Shown: piece by piece, positions 30,010 through 40,180 of the stretch
How the letters are laid out: each line of letters opens with the position of its first letter
Position numbering within the stretch: position 1 is the stretch's first letter
NCBI GenBank assembly: GCA_949288175.1
Contig: CASEIV010000012.1
Span: 15,616-79,615 of the forward strand
Source: an uncultured Eubacteriales bacterium
GTDB lineage: Bacteria; Bacillota; Clostridia; TANB77; CAG-508
Direction of reading: 5' to 3'
DNA: 64,000 nucleotides
Notes under the pieces: generated by a model
What the model was told of the DNA's origin: nothing
Seen by the model: the letters and a program-made list of their open reading frames with translations, nothing else
Databases searched by the model: none
Made by a program: the position numbers and the translations under genes

Positions 30010-31252
30010 ATGAATATGTGGGGAGATATTGCAATTGCATTTTTGCTTGCATTTATCGTAACATTTATGGCGACACCATATACTATAAAAATTGCGCATA
30101 AAGTAGGTGCGGTAGATGTTCCGAAAGATCAAAGAAGAATGCATAAAAAGGCAATGCCCAAATTTGGTGGACCAGCAGTCATATTAGGTTTCTTAGTTTC
30201 TGTAATTTATTTATTAATCGTAATGAGTATAGAAAATTCAATCAATTTATTTCGGAATAGAACATTATGGACAAAAGCTATTAGGAATGTTTTTGGGAAT
30301 ATTGATTATTTCAGCTGTATGTATTGTGGATGATATAAAAACCATAAAACCAATAACCAAATTGATAGGACAAGTATTGGCGGCAATTGTAGCGGTGGCA
30401 TTTGGTATAAGAATAGAAGATATCACATTACCATTTTTAAATACAATAGAAATGCAAGAAATGTTTTCTATTATCATAACAGTGATATGGATTGTAGGTG
30501 TCACAAATGCAATTAACTTAATAGATGGATTAGACGGATTATCTTCAGGAATATCTGTGATATCAGCAATTTCGCTATTAATTATATTTGTATTAAATGA
30601 TTCACCAATGGTAGCAATATTATTAATAACAGCACTTGCAGGTGCATTAGTTGGATTTTTACCATTTAATTTTGCACCAGCCAAAACATTTATAGGAGAT
30701 ACCGGTTCAAACTTTTTAGGATTTTCATTGTCTATTATTTCTATTCTAGGAGTAGCAAAAACCTATACAGCAGCGGTTATTGTATTACCATTAATTGTTC
30801 TAGGATTACCGTTATTTGATACATTTTGGGCAATTATTAGAAGATTAATAAAAGGAAAATCTATCAAAGCCATATTTAAAGCAGATAAAGGACACTTACA
30901 CCATAGAATTGTGGCAAAAGGTTTTAGCCAAAAACAGGCAGTTCTAATATTATATGGAATTAGTGCGACATTTGGAATATTTGCAGTGATTATGTTAGAA
31001 AGCGGAATATGGAAAGCATTATCGTTTTTATTAATGGTAATAGTAGCAATTGGTTTAGGATACAGGAACTTTAAAACAGAAAAAACAGATAACCAAAGGT
31101 ATGAATGTATAGAATGTAAATATATATATAATCCGAAGTTTGGAAATGAAAAAGCAGGAATACCAGCAGGAACACCTTTTGAGGATTTGCCAGATGATTG
31201 GGTTTGCCCAGTTTGTGGAGAAGGAAAAGATATGTTTGAGATACATCAATAA
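30010..31252 (+). CDS. Undecaprenyl-phosphate GlcNAc-1-P transferase (TagO/WecA, MraY family) with C-terminal rubredoxin; +1 frameshift at CGG 30253-30255 (joined ~413 aa)
   Basis: D.P...RRMH...P..GG in frame 0; [28 protein letters not shown] and rubredoxin CxxC...CPVC in +1 frame. Confidence 0.88.
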
Positions 31253-31339
31253 AAAAGAAAGAATTAAGCATTTTAGAAATATATGTTTAGTTCTTTTTTT
31301 TCGTATACATTATATCGAAACTTAAAAAATTGTGAAATA

Positions 31340-31368
31340 TTGACATTTAAGCAGAAAAAAGTTAAAAT
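31340..31368 (+). promoter_or_regulatory. Sigma-A promoter
   Basis: TTGACA-17-TAAAAT. Confidence 0.7.
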
Positions 31369-31411
31369 AACATAAAAAGATAACATCAAAATTTACTGTG
31401 AGGTAATCATA

Positions 31412-32578
31412 ATGAAAGTAACATTTTATTCAAATTTTTTAACACATCATCAATTGCCTTTTTGTCTGGAAATGAAGAAAAAACTAGGAGATGACTTTAA
31501 ATTTGTTTCAACAGTCAAGATTTTTCAATGGAGGCTAGATTTAGGATTTGAAAATCTGGATGACCAATATGATTTTGTAATAAAAGCATATGAAAATGAA
31601 ACAGAATATCATAAGGCTAAACAATTAGCATTAGATAGTGATGTGGTAATAATTGGTTCAACAACAGATGAACTGATAGTTGAAAGATTAAAGCAAGATA
31701 AAATAACTTTTAGATATAGAGCAAGGGTTTTTCATTATCCTGATGGTTTTTGGAATACAGTATTAGATAGAAAAAATTTAAAATTATTTTATGATAGACA
31801 TATAAAATTCAGAAAAAATAAAAATCTTTATTTGTTATGTGCTAATGCCCATGGACCAAATGATTTTAATTTCTTACATTTGTATAAAAATAAAATATAC
31901 AGATGGGGATATTTTTTAAAAACAAATACATATGATATAAATCATTTGATGCAACAAAAAGAAAATAATAAAAAAATAGGGATAATATGGGTGGCTAGAT
32001 TTATAAAATGTAAACATCCTGAAATCGTAATTAAATTGGCAAAAAATCTTAAAAAACAAAATTATCATTTTGTTATAAAAATGCTGGGAAATGGAAAATT
32101 AGAAAAAAAAATAAGAAGAAAGGTCAAAAAAGAACATCTAGAAGATGTTATCGAAATGGTAGGCCATGTTCCGAGTGACAAAGTAAAAGATTATATGGAA
32201 AAAGCAAATATTTTTATTGGAACAAGTGATTTTCAAGAAGGTTGGGGAGCAGTTATTAATGAATCAATGAATGCTGGATGTGCGATTGTTGCTAATGAGC
32301 AAATGGGCTCAGTACCAATTTTGATAAAGCATAGAAAAAACGGAATGATATACCATAAATATAGTCAGCTAGAAAATAATGTGAAAGAATTAATAAAATC
32401 TCCTGAGTTGAGAAAAAAATTATCTATTAATGCTTATGAAACAATCACAAATGAATGGACAAGTCAAATAGCAGTAGAGAACCTAATAAAGTTATTTACT
32501 GCAATTATAAATGGGAAAGAATGTGAAATAAAGGAAGGACCAGCAAGTAAAGCCAATAATTATATCAGAAAAAAGTAG
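31412..32578 (+). CDS. Glycosyltransferase family 4 (GT-B)
   Basis: WVARF...KHP, EGWGAVINESM (EX7E). Confidence 0.9.
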   Translation: MKVTFYSNFLTHHQLPFCLEMKKKLGDDFKFVSTVKIFQWRLDLGFENLDDQYDFVIKAYENETEYHKAKQLALDSDVVIIGSTTDELIVERLKQDKITFRYRARVFHYPDGFWNTVLDRKNLKLFYDRHIKFRKNKNLYLLCANAHGPNDFNFLHLYKNKIYRWGYFLKTNTYDINHLMQQKENNKKIGIIWVARFIKCKHPEIVIKLAKNLKKQNYHFVIKMLGNGKLEKKIRRKVKKEHLEDVIEMVGHVPSDKVKDYMEKANIFIGTSDFQEGWGAVINESMNAGCAIVANEQMGSVPILIKHRKNGMIYHKYSQLENNVKELIKSPELRKKLSINAYETITNEWTSQIAVENLIKLFTAIINGKECEIKEGPASKANNYIRKK

Positions 32579-32629
32579 ATATATATGATATAAAATAAAA
32601 AAATTATAAAGAAATGAGGGAAAAACTAA

Positions 32630-33517
32630 ATGTCAGACAAGATAATCAAATTTTTAGCACATGAAGGAAGAGTATCAGTCATATGTGCCAATACAACCAA
32701 AATGGTAGAAGAAGCGAGAAAAACACATGATATGAGTCCAGTGGTAACAGCTGCATTTGGAAGGTTATTAACTATAACAAGTATCATGGCAACAGAAATG
32801 AAAGGAAGTAAAGATAAATTAACAGTTCAATTAAAAGGAAATGGACCAATCGGTGTTATGATTGCCACTGCGAATAATAAACCAATTGTAAAAGGATATG
32901 CTACAAATCCAGTAGTAGAATTACCATTAAATGAGGATGGAAAATTAGATGTTAGTGGAGCAGTAGGATATGAAGGATATATTAATGTAGTAAAAGATAT
33001 TGGATTAAAAGACCCATATATTGGTATATCTCCATTAGTATCTGGTGAAATTGCAGAAGATTTTGCCAATTACTTTGTGAATTCAGAACAAAGAAATTCA
33101 GCAGTAGCATTAGGTGTGTTAGTAGATAAAAATGGTGTAAGAGCAAGTGGGGGATATTTAATTAATCCAATGCCAGACGCAACAGAGGAAGATATATCAA
33201 TCGTAGAGCAATCTATTTTTAAAGCAGGAGCAATGTCAAAAATGTTAGACCAAAACTTAACATTAGAAGAAATTGCTAAAAAGATAACTGGAGACGAAAA
33301 TGTAGAAATCATAGAAGATAGCATTGTACCAGAATTCAAATGTGATTGTTCAAAAGAACATATGCAAGATGCGCTAATGACAATTGGAAAAGAAGAATTA
33401 GAGGATATTATTGAAAAAGAAGGAAAAGCAGAATTAGTTTGTCATTTCTGCAATAAGAAATATGAATTTAATAAAGAAGAATTAGAAAATATTTTAAGGA
33501 GTATAGATGAAAAATAA
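32630..33517 (+). CDS. hslO: Hsp33 redox chaperone
   Basis: GNGPIG, VSGEIAED...YF..SEQ, CDCS and CHFC zinc ligands. Confidence 0.95.
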   Translation: MSDKIIKFLAHEGRVSVICANTTKMVEEARKTHDMSPVVTAAFGRLLTITSIMATEMKGSKDKLTVQLKGNGPIGVMIATANNKPIVKGYATNPVVELPLNEDGKLDVSGAVGYEGYINVVKDIGLKDPYIGISPLVSGEIAEDFANYFVNSEQRNSAVALGVLVDKNGVRASGGYLINPMPDATEEDISIVEQSIFKAGAMSKMLDQNLTLEEIAKKITGDENVEIIEDSIVPEFKCDCSKEHMQDALMTIGKEELEDIIEKEGKAELVCHFCNKKYEFNKEELENILRSIDEK

Positions 33518-33534
33518 TTTTAAGATTATTATAT

Positions 33535-33660
33535 TTGACAAATATGAAAAATATGCTATAATAAAAATAGAAATAAGGAGACACAAAAGTGGTCGCCAAA
33601 AGAATGATTTAAATGCACACTCTATTCAGCAAGCAGAGTGTGTATTTGTTTTATTTTTGT
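33535..33660 (+). ncRNA. Putative antitoxin sRNA with promoter and terminator
   Basis: TTGACA-16-TATAAT (TG extended) at 33535-33562; ~90-nt non-coding stretch ending in hairpin aaatgcacactct/agagtgtgtattt plus T-run; convergent with a small hydrophobic ORF. Confidence 0.6.
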
Positions 33661-33770
33661 TTACTTAATATATGTACAAGTACAATAATTAAGGTTATAT
33701 TTATGATAGTTACTGATACAAGACCAGTAAATAATAATTTTATTGTTAAGAATAAATATTGTTCTACCAT
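33651..33770 (-). CDS. 39-aa hydrophobic peptide, putative type I toxin (not in ORF track)
   Basis: MVEQYLFLTIKLLFTGLVSVTIINITLIIVLVHILSKQK; AAGGAGGT RBS; own promoter TTGACT-17-TATAAT at 33859-33831. Confidence 0.75.
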   Translation of the reverse strand: MVEQYLFLTIKLLFTGLVSVTIINITLIIVLVHILSKQK

Positions 33771-33980
33771 AATACCACCTCCTTACGTTGGTGGCGACAC
33801 AGTCATGCTTTTCCTTATTTCTTATATAAAATTATATATATTATTTAACCATAAGTCAATAAAAACTTTGACATTTAATATTAAATTGAATGATTGCGTG
33901 TTTTCCCAATTGACAAATTTCGCAAATGAAAATATAATGGTTAAGATAATAAAAAATATAGGGAAAAGGAGAAATGAAAA

Positions 33981-34901
33981 ATGGAAAAAGAAATCGTTAT
34001 ATTTGGACATAAAAATCCAGACACAGATTCAATTTGTTCTAGTATAGTAATGGCTGATTTAGAAAATAAATTGGGAAATCATTGCATACCAACAAGAATA
34101 GGAAAAATTAACAAAGAAACACAATTTGTATTAGATTATTTAAAATTAGAAGCACCAAAAATGATAGATAAGGCTGAAGATAGACAAGAAGTTATATTAG
34201 TAGATCACAATGAAGCAACACAATCAATAGATAATATAGAAAATGCAAAAATAGTAAAAGTAATTGACCATCACACAATGAATTTTAAAGCACCATATCA
34301 ATTATATTACAGAACAGAACCTGTTGGATGTACAGCAACAGTATTATATAAATTATATAAAGAAAATAATATAGAAATGACAAGAGAAATAGCAATATTA
34401 TGTTTGAGTGCGATTATATCTGATACATTATTATTCAAATCACCTACATGTACAGAAGATGATGTTAAAGTAGCAAATGCATTACAAAAAATAGCAAATA
34501 TTGATATGCAAGAATATGGATTAGAAATGTTAAAAGCAGGAACAGATTTAGGAGATTTTTCAGAAGAAGAATTAGTAAATTTAGATGCAAAAGCATTTGA
34601 AAAAGGAGATACAAAATTTGTAATAGCACAAGTAAATACTGTAAGTATAGAAGATGTTTTAAAAAGACAAAAAGACTTAGAAAGTGCTATCAATAGTGAA
34701 ATAGAAAAAAGAGGAATTCAATTATTTGTATTTGCTATTACAGATATTTTAAATAGTAATTCAGAAATCATTGCTTTAGGAAATAGAACAGATGCAGTAG
34801 AAAAAGCATTTGATGTAAAATTAGAAAATAACAGAGCATTCTTACCAGGTGTTGTTTCAAGAAAGAAACAATTATTACCTGATATAGACAAAAATATGTA
34901 A
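33981..34901 (+). CDS. ppaC: Mn-dependent inorganic pyrophosphatase (family II)
   Basis: GHKNPDTDS, LVDHNE, IDHH, EPVGCTAT, SRKKQ. Confidence 0.95.
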   Translation: MEKEIVIFGHKNPDTDSICSSIVMADLENKLGNHCIPTRIGKINKETQFVLDYLKLEAPKMIDKAEDRQEVILVDHNEATQSIDNIENAKIVKVIDHHTMNFKAPYQLYYRTEPVGCTATVLYKLYKENNIEMTREIAILCLSAIISDTLLFKSPTCTEDDVKVANALQKIANIDMQEYGLEMLKAGTDLGDFSEEELVNLDAKAFEKGDTKFVIAQVNTVSIEDVLKRQKDLESAINSEIEKRGIQLFVFAITDILNSNSEIIALGNRTDAVEKAFDVKLENNRAFLPGVVSRKKQLLPDIDKNM

Positions 34902-35123
34902 GAATAGTTGTCATGAAAGTGGAGATTTTGACAAATAGTCAGAATCTCTATTTCTATATAATAAAAGGATAAAGAAATTGTAAAAATTTAAGGAAGAGAA
35001 TTATAAAAGAATTGCTTGTTTTTTAAGGAAAAATAGTATATAGTATAAAAGTAAAAATGTTTGAAAAATAAATATATAAATAGAAACATAAGTAAAAATA
35101 AACATAACAAAGAGGAGATATAC

Positions 35124-38100
35124 ATGTATTTAAAAAGATTAGAATTACAAGGATTTAAGTCATTTGCAGATAAAACTGTATTAGAATTTATGCCAGGAAT
35201 TACAAGTGCCATAGGACCAAATGGTTCTGGAAAAAGTAATATATCAGATGCTATTAGATGGGTACTTGGAGAACAAAGTATGAAATCATTAAGAGGTTCT
35301 AAGTCACTAGATATCATCTTTGCAGGTACACAAAATAGAAAATCATTAGGTTTTGCGGAGGCATCATTGGTGTTTGATAATACAGATGGAACATTGCCTA
35401 TTGAATATACAGAAGTAACCGTTACAAGAAAAATATATAGAAGTGGAGAAACAGGTTACTATATCAATAAAGTACTATGTAGATTAAAAGATGTATTAGA
35501 ACTATTTATGGATACAGGTATTGGAAAAGATGGTTATTCTATTATTGGACAAGGAAAAATAGATGAAATTTTAAGTAATAAATCAGAAGACAGAAGACAT
35601 ATTTTTGAAGAAGCAGCAGGAATTGTAAAATATAGAGTGAGAAAAGCGGAAAGTGAAAAGAAATTAGAACATACAAAATTAAATCTTCTTAGAATTAATG
35701 ATATATTGGCAGAAATTGAAACCAATATAGAACCATTAAAAATACAAGCAGAAAAAGCAAAAAAATATTTAAATTTAAGAGAAGAATTAAAAAATATTGA
35801 GATTGGTTTGTTTTTATACAATATAGAAAAATATAAAAAAGAATTAGAAAATATTGTAAAAGATGAAGAAATCTATAAAAATCAATGTAATGATGAAGAA
35901 GGTAGACTAGAAAGGATTAAAGCTTTAAAAGAAGAATTGAAATCAGAAATTGATAACATTACAGAATCCATTGAAGAAATGTCTAATTTAGGATTTGAAA
36001 GTAAAAAAGAAATAGAAATGCTAAATTCGGATATTAATGTGTCTAATACAAGAATTGAGAATAATAAACAAAATAAAGAACGATTTGAAAAAGAAATTGA
36101 AGAGTTAACAGCAAGAATAAAAGAACTAGAAGAGGAGAAAAAACAAAAAGAAGAAAAGAAAGAAAATTTAAAACAAAATAGAGAAAAATTTGCAAAAGAG
36201 TTAGAAGAAAAAGAAACAGAATTGGCAGAAATTACAAAAAAATTATCTAGTAAAGAATTAGAAATGGAAGAACATAAGAAAACAGTAGAAGAAAATACAG
36301 ATAAGAAATATGAATTGCAAGCAAGTATTAATGAACAAGATATTAATTATCAAAACTATCAAAAAAGACAAACACAAATCAGAAATGAAATAACGGGAAA
36401 TATCTCAGAACTAGATAATACTAGAATGAAAAAAGAAGAAATTGCAAAAGAATTTTATGACATAGAAAGTAAGCGAAATAAAATTTTAACAGACTTAGAA
36501 GAAGTAAACAAAGAAAAACAAGAAGCAGATAGAAAAATTAAAGCTTTTGATAGTAAAATCAATATGCTTTCAGGGGAAAAGAGAATCAAAGAATCAAAAT
36601 TAAAATTCTTAATCGAAACAGAAAAAGAAAAAGAAGGATATATCAAAAGTGTTAAAACATTGTTAAAAGATTGTGAGACAACAAAAGAACTAGGAAAAGG
36701 AATGCATGGTGTTTTAGCAAATATTATAGAAGTACCTGAAGAATATCAAACAGCAATTGAAATGTGTTTAGGAAGTAGTCTGCAAAATATAGTAACAGAA
36801 AATGAAGAAGATGCTAAAAGATTAATTGAACATTTAAGAAAAAACAATTTAGGAAGAGCATCATTTTTACCAATTACATCAGTAAAAGGGAAAAAATTAG
36901 ATAGAATAAAAGGTAAAAATACAGGAATTATTGGAATCGCTTCAGACTTAATTCAATATAGTAAAAAATTTGAAAACATTATTCTAAATCTATTAGGAAG
37001 AACTGTTATTGTACAAGATATGGAAACAGCGATTAGAGTTGCTAAAGATAATGGATATAGTTTCAAAATTATCACCGTAGAAGGAGATGTCATTAATCCA
37101 TCAGGGGCGATTACAGGAGGTTCTGTTGCCAAAAAAACAGTCAATATCTTAGGTAGAGGAAGAGAAATTGAAAAGCTACAAAAAGAAATTAAAAAATTAG
37201 AAGAACAAATACAAAAACTAGAACAGGAAAAAGAAACCTATCAAGAGTCTATTGAACATGTATTAGAAAAAGCTTCATCTTTTGAAAAAGAATTGCAAGA
37301 AATTGAAATCACATATGCAACAGGTAAAGAGAAAATCAATAGCATAGAGGAAAATATTACGAGAATAGAAACAAGATTAAATAAACTAAAAGAAGAAAGC
37401 AAAAAATTGGAAGAACAAAAAGAACAAAGTATGAAGAATAAAACAGACTTCCAAGAAAAAATACAAGCAATTAATGAAGAAAATGAAAAATTGAAAAAAA
37501 TCATTACAGAATTTGCAGAATTAAATAAAGATAATCAAAAATATGTAGATGATTTGAATTTTGATATTACCAATTTAAAAATTTCTGTATCTTCATTTGA
37601 TGAAAGTGAAAGTTCAATAGAAGAAATCCAAGAAAGAATTCATTCTGAAATCGAAAGTACAAATAGAAGTATTGAAAATAAAAAGACGCAAATTGAGCAA
37701 ATCATACAAGATAATTTTAATTTGGAAAAGGCAATTGAAGAAATTAAAGAAAAGATAGAGAAAATTAAAGAAGAAGTAAAAAATAGTGGTTCAAAAATCG
37801 AAGAACTAAAAGAAAAAAGAATCCAAAAAAATCAAAAATTAGCAGAACAAGAAGAGGAAATCAACAATAAATTAAAAATTATTGAAGATTTAAAAGCACA
37901 AATAGTAAAAGTAGATGCTAAGAAAACAAAATTAGAAGAAGACATTAATGGAATCATCAATAAGATGTGGGAAGAGTATGAACTAACACCAAATAATGTT
38001 GTAGATTACAGAAAACCAGAAAATGTACAGCTAACGCAGAAAAAGGTAAAAGATTTACGAAATGAAATTAAGGAACTGGGAAGTGTTAATGTTGACTCAA

Positions 38101-38675
38101 TAGAAGAATATAAGAACTTAAAAGATAGATATGACTTTATGTGTGAACAAAGAGTGGATTTAGAAAGTACAATGGCAAAATTAAGAAAGATTATTTCTGA
38201 TATGACAAGTATTATGAAAGAACAATTTAAAGAAAAATTTGAGATGATTAACAAAAATTTTGCAGAAGTATTTAAAGAATTGTTTGGTGGAGGAACTGCA
38301 AGTTTGACATTAGAGGATAAAGATAACATCTTAGAATGTGGAATAGAAATAACGGTACAACCACCAGGAAAGAAATTACAAAACATGATGTTATTATCTG
38401 GAGGAGAAAAAGCATTTACAGCCATTGCCTTGTTATTTGCGATTTTAAAAATTAATCCAGCACCATTCTGTGTATTAGACGAGATAGAAGCAGCATTAGA
38501 TGATGTAAATGTATACAGATATGCAGAATATTTAAAGAAATTTTCTAAAAATACGCAATTCTTAGTCATTACCCATAGAAAAGGTACTATGGAAGCAGCA
38601 GATACGGTTTATGGAATTACCATGGAGGAAAATGGTATATCAAAATTGTTATCTATGAAATTAAAAAATCAATAA
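35124..38675 (+). CDS. smc: Chromosome segregation protein SMC
   Basis: GFKSF, GPNGSGKSN, hinge GRASFLP, LSGGEK, LDEIEAALD. Confidence 0.97.
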   Translation: MYLKRLELQGFKSFADKTVLEFMPGITSAIGPNGSGKSNISDAIRWVLGEQSMKSLRGSKSLDIIFAGTQNRKSLGFAEASLVFDNTDGTLPIEYTEVTVTRKIYRSGETGYYINKVLCRLKDVLELFMDTGIGKDGYSIIGQGKIDEILSNKSEDRRHIFEEAAGIVKYRVRKAESEKKLEHTKLNLLRINDILAEIETNIEPLKIQAEKAKKYLNLREELKNIEIGLFLYNIEKYKKELENIVKDEEIYKNQCNDEEGRLERIKALKEELKSEIDNITESIEEMSNLGFESKKEIEMLNSDINVSNTRIENNKQNKERFEKEIEELTARIKELEEEKKQKEEKKENLKQNREKFAKELEEKETELAEITKKLSSKELEMEEHKKTVEENTDKKYELQASINEQDINYQNYQKRQTQIRNEITGNISELDNTRMKKEEIAKEFYDIESKRNKILTDLEEVNKEKQEADRKIKAFDSKINMLSGEKRIKESKLKFLIETEKEKEGYIKSVKTLLKDCETTKELGKGMHGVLANIIEVPEEYQTAIEMCLGSSLQNIVTENEEDAKRLIEHLRKNNLGRASFLPITSVKGKKLDRIKGKNTGIIGIASDLIQYSKKFENIILNLLGRTVIVQDMETAIRVAKDNGYSFKIITVEGDVINPSGAITGGSVAKKTVNILGRGREIEKLQKEIKKLEEQIQKLEQEKETYQESIEHVLEKASSFEKELQEIEITYATGKEKINSIEENITRIETRLNKLKEESKKLEEQKEQSMKNKTDFQEKIQAINEENEKLKKIITEFAELNKDNQKYVDDLNFDITNLKISVSSFDESESSIEEIQERIHSEIESTNRSIENKKTQIEQIIQDNFNLEKAIEEIKEKIEKIKEEVKNSGSKIEELKEKRIQKNQKLAEQEEEINNKLKIIEDLKAQIVKVDAKKTKLEEDINGIINKMWEEYELTPNNVVDYRKPENVQLTQKKVKDLRNEIKELGSVNVDSIEEYKNLKDRYDFMCEQRVDLESTMAKLRKIISDMTSIMKEQFKEKFEMINKNFAEVFKELFGGGTASLTLEDKDNILECGIEITVQPPGKKLQNMMLLSGGEKAFTAIALLFAILKINPAPFCVLDEIEAALDDVNVYRYAEYLKKFSKNTQFLVITHRKGTMEAADTVYGITMEENGISKLLSMKLKNQ

Positions 38676-38776
38676 AATGGATATAGATACTAAATAATGT
38701 TCAATAAAATTTAATAGACCTAAAAGACTTGCAATAAAGAAGGCACTAGATAGAGATTAGGAGAAATGATAAGGAG

Positions 38777-39220
38777 ATGAAATTTATGGAAATAATTACA
38801 GGGGTAATTATTTTAAAACACAATAAAGTACTTATGGTAAAAGAATCTAAAAAAGAATGTTATGGTAAATTAGCTTTTCCAGCAGGACATTTAGAAGGTG
38901 GAGAAATGATAATAGAAGCTGCTAAAAGAGAATTGAAAGAAGAAACAGGATATAGTGCAGACTTAATAAAAGTATTTCCTATCATAACTTTTTCTGGAAA
39001 AAGACCTATGATTATGATACATTTTTTGGGACAAAATGAAAAATTAGTACAAAAATGTGAAACAGATGAAATATTAGGACTGGAATGGGTAGATATAAGT
39101 GATTTTCATAATTTAGATTCAAGTCAATTCAGAAATTATGAAGTGTTTGAATTAATAATAAATAGTTTATTGAATAATCAAATATATGATTTAGATTTAT
39201 TAAAGTCTTTGGAATCATAG
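38777..39220 (+). CDS. NUDIX hydrolase
   Basis: GHLEGGEMIIEAAKRELKEETGY Nudix box. Confidence 0.9.
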   Translation: MKFMEIITGVIILKHNKVLMVKESKKECYGKLAFPAGHLEGGEMIIEAAKRELKEETGYSADLIKVFPIITFSGKRPMIMIHFLGQNEKLVQKCETDEILGLEWVDISDFHNLDSSQFRNYEVFELIINSLLNNQIYDLDLLKSLES

Positions 39221-39388
39221 AAGTCATTACATATGCAAAATATGGATTTAGGAGGGTGTCACTGACACCCTCTTAGTCTATACATTATAAATTCAATATA
39301 AATTTATAATGTGCAAAGCATACTGCAACAAATTTACGCAAAGAAGAAAGGTCAAATTTGTACAAATTTCAAGTTTTTCAATTTGTTA

Positions 39389-40051
39389 TCAGAATATTTT
39401 ACAACATCCAATCATAATTAATAAAATTCCAGAAATCGTTGACAAAATGTTATCAGGTATTTTACGAAAAGAATATAATTTTTGTCCGCAACGATTTCCA
39501 AGAGTTAAGAAACCTAATTGCAAACAACTTGTTAATAATGGAAATATAATGAAAAAGGTATTTATCATACTGAAACCGATACCAATACAAAAACTATCTA
39601 AAGAAAGAGCTAAACCTAAAAACAAAGCTTCTTTAGAATCAATAGTATTGGATTTATCTAAATCAGAAGAGATAGGATTTTTAATAATTTTTATGGTGAT
39701 TCCCAAACATTTAATAAAAAAAGAATATATTTTTTCGCTATCTGACATTTCTAAATCTTTATCATCTTTTATGTTGCACTCTTGCTTTGATTTTTTTAAT
39801 GATTGAAAACACATAAACAATCCCATTAATATTAAAAGGAAACTGCCTAAGTAATGAATCAGAAAGTTAGGAAAGATGTATTTTAATAAATCTCCAAAAT
39901 ATATGGAAATGACAGAAATGAAAAAGCTAATAAAAAATAAAATGGATTTAGCACTAACAGTTATTTTTGTATTTTTGATTCCATATGTAATACCAATTCC
40001 TAGAGAATCTATACTGCTAGATATTGCTAAAAAAAGACAGTTAAGTAACAT
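39389..40051 (-). CDS. ytaF: Sporulation membrane protein YtaF (MntP family)
   Basis: SSIDSLGIGITYG, SDLDKSNTIDSKEALFLGLALSLD. Confidence 0.8.
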   Translation of the reverse strand: MLLNCLFLAISSSIDSLGIGITYGIKNTKITVSAKSILFFISFFISVISIYFGDLLKYIFPNFLIHYLGSFLLILMGLFMCFQSLKKSKQECNIKDDKDLEMSDSEKIYSFFIKCLGITIKIIKNPISSDLDKSNTIDSKEALFLGLALSLDSFCIGIGFSMINTFFIIFPLLTSCLQLGFLTLGNRCGQKLYSFRKIPDNILSTISGILLIMIGCCKIF

Positions 40052-40180
40052 AAAAACACCTCTACCCACATCATATGAATCTAATAAAAAAATGTTAAAA
40101 AGAGTAATAAAAATAGACTATATGAATACAATTAGAAAAACGAAGGACAAGATAATGTCTATACAAAGGAGAGAAAGGAT

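Noticed and set aside
19036..30287. Treating downstream halves (19036, 24490, 30287) as independent genes
   Set aside because: They start mid-domain without a clear RBS and complete the upstream protein only when joined.
33613..34047. 144-aa + strand ORF
   Set aside because: Crosses a terminator, the antisense small peptide gene and promoters, and overlaps ppaC; no RBS.
35800..37950. Repetitive gaaaaa-rich DNA in smc
   Set aside because: Ordinary Glu/Lys coiled-coil coding bias, not a DNA repeat.
39250..39275. Short GC-rich palindrome agggtgtca-c-tgacaccct
   Set aside because: Single copy between convergent genes; explained as a terminator-like hairpin.
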